Shown piece by piece: positions 1 through 12,423 of a stretch of 64,000 nt of DNA (position 1 is the stretch's first letter; every line of letters begins with the position of its first letter). The position numbers were made by a program, and so were the translations under genes. This DNA comes from Tubiluchus corallicola (taxonomy: Eukaryota; Animalia; Priapulida): the NCBI GenBank assembly GCA_030141605.1, contig JAQGDQ010000187.1, positions 248,001 to 312,000 on the forward strand, written 5' to 3'. Below the pieces are notes generated by a model. The model ran no database searches. It saw nothing but the letters and a program-made list of their open reading frames with translations, and was not told the origin of the DNA.

Positions 1-2502
1 TAACACGTATTATCTCCAAATGTGAGATATGGACACGTTCTACCTGCTAATATTTGCTCACGTGTATGCAACGTTAGTTTCATAATTTGAAAGGTGTGTA
101 AAGTTGCGTGCATCAATGATAAAAGGAGGGTTCCTTATTCAAATGGCGGTGAGTTTAATAATGATCTTTAACTGGTTTGCCTGTTTAAGAATCTAACAGT
201 TGATCTACTAGTATTGATATGCTGCCTTTCCATTTACCTATATGTTTTTAAAGTAGTCTCACGCTGTAAATTCTGCAAATGAAGTATAACGAATTAGGAA
301 CATTTCAAGTAGAAATTTACTAAAATATTTAAAAGACCGTATTATATTGACATTGTATGGCCGTCCTGCGGTTGATAAAATAACGTAGTATTTATGTCAT
401 GTTTGAGTTGTTGCATTAGAAATTTAGAATATATAATCAATTATTTCTTATTACAAGGCTTTTGTGTATCTACATTTAATCAATCCTGTACCTGCGTATC
501 TGACGCTCCAGCTTCGTTGAATTGTTATGCTACCTGCGACTTGCGCACAGCGGCTAGAGAAGCCAATGAGAAGAGATTCAAACAGATTCATGTTTTCAGA
601 CTGCCGATAATTAAGATGTGGCGGATTAATTAAGCAAGCTTGTTTGTGTTGCATGCATATAGCAGCTGACAAAGAGCACACGAAGTTCAAGTTGGTAAGG
701 TACTAAGGTAGTTTGTGTAAGGGATGAAAAGAAACTATACCTGTGCATAGGGATGTGGAGAGGCTTTTTGTTGTAGCGCTTGACAGTAATGTCTTGTATA
801 TATACTACTCGGGAAACAAAATGGCAAGTGCTTGGCGAGAAACGAGGATATTTTTTAATATGGCTACGTGTAATAGATTAAAATGATCGTTTTTTGCATT
901 TTAGTATTTGCTAGCATCTGGATTACATCAGAAGTGCTTCATGCAAGCATGCATACTTGCTGATAATTAACAGGCAGCATATCAATCTTTCTGAGAAAGC
1001 GATCGCTTCAATATATTGGTTTTGAATAAATTAAAATCCAGCCGGTTTTGCTTGGTGATAAATGACGCAATAGTTTTATGAAGATACTGAGGCTGTCAGC
1101 TCTTGCGTAATGTGATAAGATCCCGCCATCCCGTGGGCTGTTTGGTATTCGATCCCAAATCCGCATTAGACAAGTTAGCTGCACTAAGTCTTACTGTTTG
1201 TATGACGCTCGGTGTGTATGTACAGTATGGCACGCACCGCCAACATTCTGGAATGCGGTCGCTGATTGGCTTCGGGTAAAAACATTTCGAGTTCGATTCA
1301 AGTGGGTTTGGCTGCTGCCAGTGGAAGAAATCACGTTCAGCTGGGAGGAAAGACTCGCTCATTCCGAGCTCTGTGTTGAAATTATTGATAAACAAAGAAT
1401 TGCTGGAAAGTAAAATGCTTCGTTGAACTGTTAGCGCTGATTGTTTGATGTCAACGAGAGCTTGTTTTAAGGTGCAACTATGTGCGTTCCCGCCATGGCA
1501 GTAAAGTGAGTGAATTTGTGAGCTAGAAAACTGTGTTCTATTAGTATTCAGAAAATGTATCTCTTACTAGAAAGAGCAATCATTTTCAGAGTCTGTATGG
1601 CTAAGAATGTGCAGTTCTTTACAGATATCAAGCACCAATTCGGTATACATTCTTTACGAATGTTATTCTATTTATAAACTTTCGTTTGGTCCTAACCTGA
1701 GAAGGCGAACCATTTAGTTGTGATAAACGAACTGTTTTAAGCTTTTCAAATGTAATACTGGATATTGCAGTGTAGTTTATGGCTTCTAGTTATTTGACTC
1801 GGGAGACCGGTTGCGTGGTTTCACAAATGTTCAATCGTATATCTGCTGGGATTTCCGTTGTATATAAAAACACTCATGATAGTTTGATTTCCAAGTTTTA
1901 CAGCTACATTGCAGCCACTGCGCTTTGCCATCATAATAACAAAGACTTTGTTTTCGTGTGCAGTTAATAAAACATTTACTGGAAGAATTAATTATTCATT
2001 TTGATAGTCTGTCTGACTTCCAGGAATCTTTCGTTACGTACGTGGAGCCAGTTTGTGCATTGAGTACTAAATAATTCCTTACGTTTGCTGCGAATTGAAA
2101 GGAACCTTGGAACGGGTTGGCATTAACATAAATGACTTGAGTTTTTCGAGTGCAAGCTTTCCTTTGTACAAATATTTGCAAAAGATCTTTGCTTTGCGGA
2201 AGTATAAGAAGAACATATATGTATTTTGCTTTACATGCATGGAACTTCAAAATAGGTAGAAAATATTATAGATCGACGCGTATATAACGCTTATTGTGAC
2301 AAAAGTAGCAAACTATAGCATGGTGTTACTAAATCGCAAAGGGTTCATAAACTATCAACATTATATATACGCACGTAACTGTTGTAATCGTTTTAGATGC
2401 ATCTCGTGTTTTGCCCAAGACTACTCATGGAAACCGATTAGCTATGTCACTTCGTTCAATTTACTTGAAGGCAGTCGGACAATTTGACTAATATCATCAG
2501 AA

Positions 2503-2672
2503 ATGCAGAGAATGGGAGTTCAAATACCCCAGATCAATGTGATACCTGACCAGCATCCTAGTCCTGAAAGTCCACTTCAGATCCATCCGGCCTTGCTCAC
2601 AACCGGAACTGATCGATGGACCTTCCTTCAACCGAAAAAAGTTCCGGAGCGGAGGAGGCATTCATGGATATG
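2503..2672 (+). CDS. PDE4: PDE4/dunce alternative first coding exon A (long isoform): MQRMGVQIPQINVIPDQHPSPESPLQIHPALLTTGTDRWTFLQPKKVPERRRHSWI(C)
   Basis: ATG at 2503 follows an in-frame TGA (2485-2487). 56 codons plus TG, then donor GTAAGA at 2673 (phase 2). Joining to the acceptor at 40705 gives RRHSWI-C-FDVENG, matching the vertebrate PDE4D3 junction RRHSWICFDVDNG. Not in the ORF track. Confidence 0.9.
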
Positions 2673-3710
2673 GTAAGAAATACATTTTTCGCAAATTAAT
2701 TGACGACAGAGTGATTATAGCCACAGTCGAGACATAGTCGCTGAAAACTACGTACACGATCTGCTGTTGATTACCAATCAGTTTTCAATGTATGTGTTAT
2801 CAAAGCCAGATCAAATTTTCAAAAGACTTTAGCTGTTGAATAATGTCCAATTTGCCACCACAAATATATATATATTATTTAAGCAATATCAATCTGCAGA
2901 TCACCCTCTTAAGCCTTTTAAGTACTTCCAAGAACGAAGTAGGTAGATTACTCAATTTTAATATTTTTTATATTCAGTTTTATGTAGAGTACTGATTAAA
3001 TTATTTGATTCGAAACAGTTGGTTATAATTTCGCACTCAAAATGAATAATTCTGTGCTCGGTAACCGCTTTTGACAAATATTGGTATTTTGTACTATTTA
3101 TGGCACACAAACGGACTCAGCTTCCACGTTTTGTTCTTTAGAGTTTTTCTGCTGCTGTATGTAGTTACTGCTTATGTAATTTATATCCATGTGTTTTACT
3201 TTTCAAACAACTCGAATTCTTGAAGGAATTGATCGTCGTATTTGCACTAGCCAGCAAGCTCAGCTAATGGATGTGACGAACACTAAGTTTGTTGCCTCGG
3301 TTTTGTTTCTATTGCTCATTTAACAGAACTTAGCTAATCTCGCTCGTTTTGCCAGCTTTAGTCTGCAATGAAATTAACCAGGAAGCAGAAGAATTACGTA
3401 AAACTTCAGCGCGTCACAAACAGCAACAATAACGACGACAAAAGGGAATAACTTATAGAATAGCAACAAAACTAGGGCTAAAGGTAGACTCGATTCCCAG
3501 ACCGTCATTTCCCAGAAAATGTAATAAATCCTTTTTAAAGCGCAGTTAGATGATGCGAAATGAAAAGTAGTTTATTTTAACTACGTGTATTGGTTATACC
3601 GATTATGTGATAAAAAAAATTGTCAACTCTTTAAGACAAGAAAGTGCATTTGTAATGTCAGTACGATTATATAGCGAATCATGTTGATCTTTGCATATAG
3701 TGAGTAATCA

Positions 3711-3786
3711 CGGCGTGTAATTGGCTAACGAAGTGAAGCAATGTCGAGCCTGGCAACTGATTAGTTGGGTGACTGCTTAGGAATCT
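3711..3786 (+). pseudogene. 5S rRNA-derived fragment / SINE3-like head
   Basis: 3730-3784 gaagtgaagcaatgtcgagcctgg...tgggtgactgcttaggaat resembles the 5S internal control region (GAAGTTAAGCAACGTCGGGCCCGG...TGGGTGACCGCCTGGGAAT). The 5' half of 5S is not recognisable. Confidence 0.65.
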
Positions 3787-4368
3787 CACTTTGAACAGTT
3801 CCTTTTCATGAATTATTGTAGGATGTACATGCATCAGATGTTACTATGACACCTCTGCTTGTCCAATATTTCATCTCAGAGGAATATTTTAAAAATGTAC
3901 TAGGATTCGGTCCTGTCATAAAAGAACCTGTAAAAATTTTTTGTGAAGGAGCATAATTTATGGACAAATTTAGACTCCAACATAAGGCTCGGTGTTTTCA
4001 TTTTCTAGATTTTTATTAAACTTTATTTCAAATCATTTGAAAATCAATTAAATTTCAGGTGACCATGGCAAATGATACAGTGTAAGTAGATTCTAAAATG
4101 AATTGCAACGCGCGGGAAAAACGTCAACGTGAGTTAAGCACGCCAAAAATACGGCATTTTCTGACTGCCTGCTGTATTCTATACATTGCTTCACTTTCAA
4201 TGATTCTGATAGTCCTTAGTTGAAACGCTGGAAATAATTAGGAGGAGAGAGAGCGAGAGAGAGAGTGAGATTGACTGATTGAGTTATCGTTTATTCCAAA
4301 CATAAAGTTTATATTCAAAATACAGTTGCAACAACAATAAACGACAATTAAATAACATACACAAAAAA

Positions 4369-4376
4369 GAGAGAGT

Positions 4377-4420
<44 letters not shown>
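4369..4420. repeat. (GA)n microsatellite with purine-rich flank
   Basis: Directly visible. Confidence 0.95.
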
Positions 4421-4421
<1 letters not shown>

Positions 4422-5842
4422 AAGACGGGAGACAGATAGGAAGGGAGGAATGAGAAAGGATGAGGGGTAAGGAGGAAGGGAAATAGAGAGGGAGAAGCAA
4501 AAAGAAAAAACCGAAGGCATTATTCTACTAAAGTGGCAGATCTTGCAACTAAAAACGCAACCGCGATGTTTCTGTAAAATACTTTTTCTGTGAAACTAGT
4601 TCTGGGAAAAATACGTACTGGGAAAATTAATTTCTGGGAAACGGGCTAAAGCAAAACTAGTAACAATGACGGTCTTGATGGTGGCGGTGGCAGATCGGTG
4701 GCACCAACAGCAACACCAAGTGATGGCAGTGATAGTAATGATGGCTGCAGTAATGGGGGAAATGGCGGTAGCGGTAATAGCATCATCACCGTCGAATTTT
4801 TTGCAATTTTTGAAAACGAGAAATCTTATAAATGTCATCATTTTTAAGTGTTGATATTATGGAGAAATGATTTATTAATTCACCGTGCCATTATATATTT
4901 ATTTATTTGTTTTATTTGTTTATTATTTATTTAAATGCTTGGGGAGTTTAGGAAATATCAAATACAAGCTAAATAGCTATGAAGAAACATCTGATTTATT
5001 GAAAGTAATAAATTAAGGATATTTTATGACATTTGGCACATCACAATGATCATACATTGATAACTATAATGTGTCATGCAGGAACATTCATTACTTGGAA
5101 GACGTTCATATTTTCTTATGACATTCTCTGGCATAACTAATATTTTGGGTTAGAAAAACTTTATCAGATTTTCGAAGTTGCATGTAGATGAACTTAATCT
5201 GCAATCGAGCATTACACGGAATTTGCTTGTTTAATCAATTTGTATGCCGCACTCGCCTATTCAGTTTTTAATGTACTACACTTACGTTGGGGAGCTGCAT
5301 TCAAGCAGGATTTTTACTGAAAGGTGTTACTGCAAATATCGTGCATATGTAGTTATTGCTTGATTCTGAGTTTAGAATGAAATTAAAAACTTTGAGATAG
5401 CCCCACTGGTATGAGTGAAATCCCTGATGAAAAGTGGTTTGCTTGAAAAGTATACATCTTCCTTTCTCGTTGTTGAAACATTCACATAATCATGTATTCG
5501 TGGTTAGTAAACGGATCTTTATTTTCTGAACTAACTTTGCTTGATCTGTAATTGAACAGCTATATAAAACTTTTAAACGTAGATTAGGGCTTCTAAGCAA
5601 TTTACGAGTCGACGATAGGCGCATATCGTGGGGAAATTCTGTTCGTCCGTACAAACACTTCCCTTTTAACTTTTACTTTTAACTGTTAATGGATGTTAAT
5701 GTTAATGGGTGTTTTTAGTGAATGTGCAATGGTACTCTCTGCTTTCATCTATCATGCTGTAGTGTTTAGTGTGTGATATGGGTACTGTCTACTGTTTAAA
5801 TTGCGATCTTGCTAAGGCTATAGGCCTACATATCTTTCATTA

Positions 5843-6012
5843 ATCATACCAACTGATTTGTTTAAATAAAAGAACATGGGGTCTGATGCCTCTTGGCTTG
5901 GATTACAAAGGACAAACGCGTAAGATTACAGATTCTGATTATTAATACTTATAGGTATGGTGGGGTTAATCAAATATTAACTCTGATTTGATGTACAAAA
6001 GCTGGTTTGCAT
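5843..6012 (+). repeat. Dispersed repeat copy 1 (pairs with 7668-7838)
   Basis: Shares tcataccaac, aataaaagaacat, ctgattattaat, taggtatggtggggttaatcaaatattaa and gtacaaaagctggttt with the second copy, in the same order. Confidence 0.85.
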
Positions 6013-6152
6013 ACAGATAAACATGATGTTCATTTATTTACCGTCGCTCTGAACAGACAACATTAACTTTAATGGCTATTTTTGCATCTTACACGTACAA
6101 CTAGACGCAACACGCAGTTTAACAATAACATGCAGGCTATATGCCGTATCGT

Positions 6153-6220
6153 AGGCAGCCGTTAGTCTCGAACCCATGCTTGGAATTTGCAGTCTAGACC
6201 ACTTGACCACCGAATCCAGG
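6153..6220 (-). pseudogene. tRNA-derived (Cys-like) SINE head or tRNA pseudogene
   Basis: The minus strand has an A-box-like ggattcggtggtcaag, a loop ctGCAaa and a B-box ggttcgagac. The stems pair poorly, so it is not a functional tRNA. Confidence 0.45.
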
Positions 6221-7002
6221 AGATGCAGGGATGCTCATGAGACATGAACATAAAAACATTTTTTGTAAGCTAATGTTCATAAAACCGACCTAAAGGTAAA
6301 ATTGGCTGAACCTGGCTTTTTGCAAAAGCACCAAGAATGAAATTAGTAGATAAAATGAGGTTATTTATTAAAATGACAATACATTCAATATAGCAAGGCA
6401 AAAAAGTTGGGGCACACCCAAATACCGCCCCCACCCAATACGTAACTATACTAATCACAGTATTGCTTGCGTCTATGAAGACAAACATAATAAAGCATGG
6501 TTTGCAATACTACAATACATTACAAAATTATATCAAACGCCTAGTAAAGCAGATTTTAACAATATACAGTGGTACATTATATATAAAAATTCCGCATTAC
6601 GGAGAAAAAACTGCAATGTTAAAGGTACCTAAACCTAAAGTTCACACAAAAATTACATTCCTACTTAAGTAGTGGGTGGGTTTTCACAGGCAAATGAGTG
6701 ATTTTCGACAAGACGACGGATGTCATTCGTTGATTGGTCGGCTAAAAATTATGGCGCGCATGCTCACGAACATTCCTTATAAAAACTCATTTATTGCTAC
6801 CTTATCAATAAATTTACCTTGTAAATGGCTCCCAAATTCATGAAATAGAAATCACCGTTTACTGGTCGAAATGACAGTTTATCTCCAAACAATAATTATT
6901 TCGTAGGTATAACAGCAGTAAATTACGATCTACCGCAGTACTATTACAGATCCTTTGACTAATTGCAAGACAGACTAATCACACAGAATTAAAATGTTTT
7001 GA

Positions 7003-7060
7003 TGAGGCAGGATTTGAACTTGCTGTCTTCAGCTTTCCAAACAGATATACCATACTGAGC
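7003..7060 (-). pseudogene. Degenerate tRNA-like SINE head
   Basis: Minus strand reads gctcagtatggta...agttcaaatcctgcctca (A-box and B-box like). Confidence 0.3.
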
Positions 7061-7667
7061 AGCAAGTGTTTTCAAGTTTTCCATCTCTCGTGTTAAAAAT
7101 TATTTTTGCTTTAGTTTAACAAACATTTACCTTTCAAATATTTGCTGCTAAATGTTCAAACTATCTATTGCAGTCCTTACAGAAGGTTTTATGACATTAA
7201 AGCAAGCCTTTACGATACCTGAATTCATGCAACATTTTCTAAAGCGCTTTCCCGTGTGTTATTGTACATCGTCGTTAATGCTGGCACGACATTTTAACAC
7301 TTCATTTCACTGGTCGAGAGCGTATCCTCCCAAGAGAGCATTGTAGGTTCTTGCAGAATGCATTAATTTTTTTTCTGGATAAATGTTTATGGCTGTCTCA
7401 GCCTGTCTGCCTGAAAGTAAAACGAGTTCTATTGAAACATTGGCGAATGTATATAACAAACTCGACCTTCGCTCCTAGAGAGCTTTTTTGGGGAAATTCA
7501 GGTGGTGCCGGCACAAACATGCATAGTAAGCTAGGTCAGTAAAACTACTTGAGTAACTTAAATAAAAAATTGATGCAGTTTTCTTTAGTAACTGAAATCA
7601 TTGCCATGATGAAATCGTTACCATGATTACTGCCTCTTTCATTAGTGCAATATGCAAGTTAGTAGGT

Positions 7668-7838
7668 GTCATACCAACCCTATTTGCCTAAAAATGTTTA
7701 GACATTTTATAGGAATATTTGTTTGAATAAAAGAACATAGGGCCAAGATTAAAGATTCTCCTGATTATTAATTCCTGTAGGTATGGTGGGGTTAATCAAA
7801 TATTAATCCTGATTTGACGTACAAAAGCTGGTTTATAC
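7668..7838 (+). repeat. Dispersed repeat copy 2 (pairs with 5843-6012)
   Basis: Same shared blocks, in direct orientation, about 1.8 kb downstream. Confidence 0.85.
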
Positions 7839-8329
7839 ATATTAGCTGGAAGGTAGAATAGCTTAACGTATGCACTTCCACTGGAGTCAAAATTGCAACG
7901 ATATCCTGTACTATAGAAAAGACAATGCCAGGAATTTTTTACGAAGACCGCTGCTGGTGCTCTTGTTGTTTTGTTACGTATTGAGTATATAGGTTATAGG
8001 CAAAGTGTGAAACAAGGCAATCTATAGAATGCTTAGGCATTTTATGGAGTACCAAAAACAAGCCATGTGAAGTGTTTAGAATTATCTTAGAATAATTTCT
8101 TCAACACTTTTCCTAGGCATTATTTATAATGCAAAAGTTTGCTAAAGGCAAATTGAATAATTCTTAGATTTTGGCTGTACTGTTCTTAGGCGTTTTAAAC
8201 AATGTTGAATAAATCTTAGTTAACATAAAAATAAAACAGATGGTTAAGTGTTTCGATGTAATTTACCTAGGCATTTTATACAATATGTTTCATTGTGTGC
8301 TCGCAAATCTGTGCAGTAAATACGTTCGC

Positions 8330-9080
8330 TTGTTGATGGTGTCTCGTGCCCGAGAATTTAAGTTCCTCCCAATATCTGTCCCCTGTGGTGGTGACAGTGA
8401 TGACTTAGGAGAGCAATTCTTGTATGAAGTATTCAACGACACACACGGCGTTTTAACTTTTAGTCGTGACCGTTGCTTTGCTTATATGAGCGTGGATTTT
8501 ATTCGGTTTTTATAGCGACAAGGACGGCGTCACGGTCTTTGCTAGTTGTGAGTTTACTAAAGATAATTTGATGAGGAAGCTTGATCTCGCTCATTCTGAT
8601 GACGTGTTGATCAACATATATAGTGTTTCGTAACGGTATACACGATGCTCTGTATGTTGGCTCTTTCAAACGCGGCAACGTTCGTGACGTACTAGTTGCA
8701 TTTAACATATAGGATAGAACAAAGCTTTTGCTAATGTCACGATCATAGAGGATCCAACTTTTGCAGCCATAGAGCAAGGTTGAGATGACGACAATTTCAT
8801 CATTTCGCAAGTTTTTCAAAGGCAAAGGTGATCGCTGCGTTACGCCTTTTTTGGAAGTGCATTTGTTAGATGACAGGCTTCCTCGGCATGGAAAGTGGCC
8901 TTCCTAGTCAAGTAGCATGTCAGAGATGCTGATGTTGCATCTCTCGCCAATAGAATGATAAACTACTCGAACTGCTTGATTCAATGCACTGACTTTATCG
9001 TTCTGTGAATTTCGTACACAACACCTAGGTAATGTACAAAATATTTGGGAAACGTTGGATTCCGCGGGAGTTATATTCAT
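8330..9080 (-). mobile_element. Decayed non-LTR retrotransposon (RTE-clade-like) 3' fragment
   Basis: Minus-strand peptides HFPCRGSLSS (like YLGS), VVISTLLYGCKSWILY and HVIRMSEIKLPHQIIFSKL resemble RTE/BovB post-RT motifs (LLYGCETW; GHVxRMxDxRLPKQxxYGEL). Frameshifted. Confidence 0.75.
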
Positions 9081-10207
9081 TCTACGCTTTGCCAAAGTCA
9101 TTTTACGCATTCTATACAAATCCTAGGAATTGTGCAAAACGAATATGTAAAATATGAAGTCGTAAGTAAAAAATTTTATTTCACACTTTCCTTGAAATGC
9201 GTAAGTATGATACCAAATGCCTAGGAATTTTGTAAAATGTCTAATTTTTTCATAGTACCTGTAACATACATTGATGTTGATGTCGAAGCTGAAACTTTGC
9301 TAAAGGCTTGAGAAGAATAATCAGAACACTTCTAGAATTACTATTGTGTAATGTAGTGGTTAGTACCAAGTAAGTGAATATGAACGTTTTAATCTGTCTG
9401 TAGACGATAAAGAGTATTAAGCTGGATTTAAGCGCATGTTTGTATAGCAATCAAGGAAACGTATTAACACTGTTTGTTTACTTTTTTCCGTACAGCACTT
9501 TCAGCTTTGAAGACTAATGCACTTGAATGTGTTTGAAAAAGCATAAGGTCACATTTTAGTAAATTACCTTGCTCATTACTAGTAAACAGGTTCGCTTCAT
9601 CGTATTGCCTATTTTTTAGCCAACACAGGACTAACTTCTATTTTTAAAGTTAAATGACTTGCGCCCCGCACAGTATTGATGTAAATATGTAAGAGGCAAA
9701 TGATTTGGTAATATTATTGTTGTTTGGTAAACTGGTAAAACTAACCGTGATTTTAAGTAATAGCATGTAATTGTAGGATGTTTAACTGTGCTCAATATAG
9801 TTGTAAAAACTCGATTTCAAAATGTCTGACATGATACGTTTGCTATAAACTGACATATCTCACATATCCCATATTATCTAAATTAAAAAATTAACATTGT
9901 TAGTTATTCCAAGCATTACTTAAAATACTGGATTTATTAATCTATAGCTATAACTTCATGTACACCATAGCTTAGTTGTTTGTAAGCTTAAGACGCGATA
10001 TTATAGATTCCTTTTCTGTGACTTCTGTCAGCCCATATGCAATGCGATACTGACACGTATTTGTGTCAGACTTGCCGTGAAATATTATTGCAACTTGCAG
10101 TGTGTATGATGAAAATGAGTGATACACTATTTCACAGAAGCATCTCATGTTTGTTGAAAATTCAGAGTGCATGTATGAGTCAACGCGTGCTTAATTAAAT
10201 GACATTT

Positions 10208-10470
10208 TAGATAAATAAAAAGGTTTTTTGTATTTTTATGCAAAGCACGACCTATAATGTTGCCAACAAAGTTACAGCTTCACGGCGTTGATACACATTT
10301 TGTAACGTTCCTTTTAAACGTTACTTTATAGGCGTGTTAGATAAATAAAAAAAGGTTTTTTATTAACCATTTTATTAATCATGTTTAATAATTATTTTAT
10401 TAATGTAAAGCGCGATCTGTTCTGTTCCTTATAATGTTTGGTGTACATTTTGTAACATCCTTTTTAAAAA
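10208..10470. repeat. Diverged local duplication (two units of about 115-135 bp)
   Basis: ttagataaataaaaa(a)ggtttttt ... acattttgtaac...cctttt occurs twice in tandem. Confidence 0.6.
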
Positions 10471-11160
10471 TTAAGTTAATTACAGAAAGTGTACTTTTAC
10501 GCGTTTGTGATGAAGTTTTTCGTATTCAGCAACGTGACAATTTCCCTTGTGTTGTAGATCACTGATAAATTATAACTACAACTGCTGCGAAAATAATAAT
10601 TGCTTCTGATGTCTCAGTGATGTGTGACAAATTACTACGCTTACTGTGCGTATATCGTCAGCCAGCAAATCGTGTAAGGTTGAATACTGTCCCTATACGC
10701 ATTTATAGCCATTTGTCATCACTATCAAATTATCAATGTAAACGCAAACGGCGGGAGACTTAATTTGTTATGTAGACATTGTGTGTATAATATATTGTGC
10801 TATACAAGTTATACCAGAAATGTGTCGTGGTTAATAGATTCGTGAGTAACTAGTATGTGTGACCAGCTTAAACTTAGATGAATAGTTTTCTGTTAAGACA
10901 ATGTGGCTGCAGATGGGGCCACTATGCTGAATGCTTTTTCTCACTGATTTACTCCCACATTCTTTTGCAGGAGGATGCAATATAATATATATCACCCAAC
11001 AGAATCATTATTTAAACAGTTATCACGTATATTAAATGTCTTGGGACACAGTAGAATAATGCACCATATACAGTTTGTCACTAAATATTATTTAGAATTC
11101 TAATTGCAAAATGACTAATTTTGTAAGGGAATGTAAATGACTTAATTAGTAAGGGAATAT

Positions 11161-11228
11161 TTGAACTGGATTTAAACAAGAAGTCTGTGGATTACAAGTC
11201 CATTTGTATTGCCACTTCACCGCTCAGG
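11161..11228 (-). pseudogene. Degenerate tRNA-like SINE head
   Basis: Minus strand reads gcggtgaagtggcaa...tggacttgtaatcca...gtttaaatcc: a paired anticodon-like arm (tgga/tcca) plus a decayed B-box. Confidence 0.35.
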
Positions 11229-11738
11229 TACTTGTGCTTTAGTACAGGTTTCAATTCAAGCCTAAAGCTCACAACTCACTTCAACATTGCCAATTGCCTG
11301 TTTGTTCCCGCCAGTAAGTTAGCATGTTAAATTAGTTGGTGAGCTAAGAATAAGTTAAGACATGAGTTGATCACAAGGGGTCTTGACAAGTGGTACAGTA
11401 GTCATTGGATTGGCCTTGCCATCCAAACTGTAAAGCTCCTAATAAATGTTTGTTCGTTCATTCATTTGTTCACGGTTCATTCGTTCGTTCGCTTTCTTAC
11501 TCATTGGTTTGTTTATTTATTCGCTGGTCTTCTCGATAGTATTTTTTGTTTGCTCATTCATTACATGTAAATTCGCGTTAAAAGCTAAAGCATTCCGGCT
11601 GACAGTCGAAAATGCTTTACAAGAAAATTAATGATTTTCGAGATAACAGCCCGACTACCCATTACTGCAATTTTTCTTTATTTCAGTGAAATCACTAATG
11701 GCCGTTTCACATTCAACAGAATCCTGAGTTTCTGCTGT

Positions 11739-11857
11739 ACACATACATACATACATACATACATACACATTCACGCACGCGCGCGCGCACACACACACAC
11801 ACACGCGTACGCACGCACACACACACACACGAGCACACAGGCAGACAGACAGACATA
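11739..11857. repeat. Compound (ACAT)n/(GC)n/(CA)n/(CAGA)n microsatellite
   Basis: Directly visible. Confidence 0.95.
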
Positions 11858-12423
11858 CTGTATTTTCTTTATTTGCTGTACTTGTTATTAAATGCTTCAC
11901 TTATTACAATAAAAGTGAGTAAGCCTCGGCGTAACGTTGAGTACTGTTCAAGACGAATGCGCCAAGATAAAAGAGCAAAATTATTTACATATTAGCATTT
12001 TTTTAGCTGGATCATGGGTGGGGGTAGATAGAAGTGGTGTCTGCGTAATTAGCGTCAGATCTATGCATATTGCATAAGTTGTAAGTTGAAATCTGTTATA
12101 GTGATATTCCTTTAATTTCTTTTTAAACTGTGGTGAGGTTTTATTTGTTTTATTTCACGGTGTTACATAAATGTGTGCTTTGTTTTGATGCAGAGTTATT
12201 TCCATATTTGTTGTTCACTGTAATTTGTTTTAAATTGTGCGTTCTATTGTTTGAATTGGTATCAGGAATTAACTATAAAGTGTTTTTTAGAAACGGAGTG
12301 CTCAGTTTATTGACATGTTTATAAAGAAATATCAGAGTTTTGTGAGATTTATGATAATTGCCATTTATTAGTCCAAGTGCGTAATTTTGCATTGTTTTAG
12401 TTTTACAAACTTTTCTTTTTTAA

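Noticed and set aside
1096-1413. GC-richer ORFs near 1.1-1.4 kb as another first exon
   Set aside because: The track ORFs lack an ATG start, the candidate donors (GTAAAA) are weak and no motif is recognisable. Could be 5' UTR or promoter sequence of exon A.
6153-6220. Functional tRNA-Cys gene
   Set aside because: The acceptor and anticodon stems do not pair properly; retained only as a SINE-like remnant.
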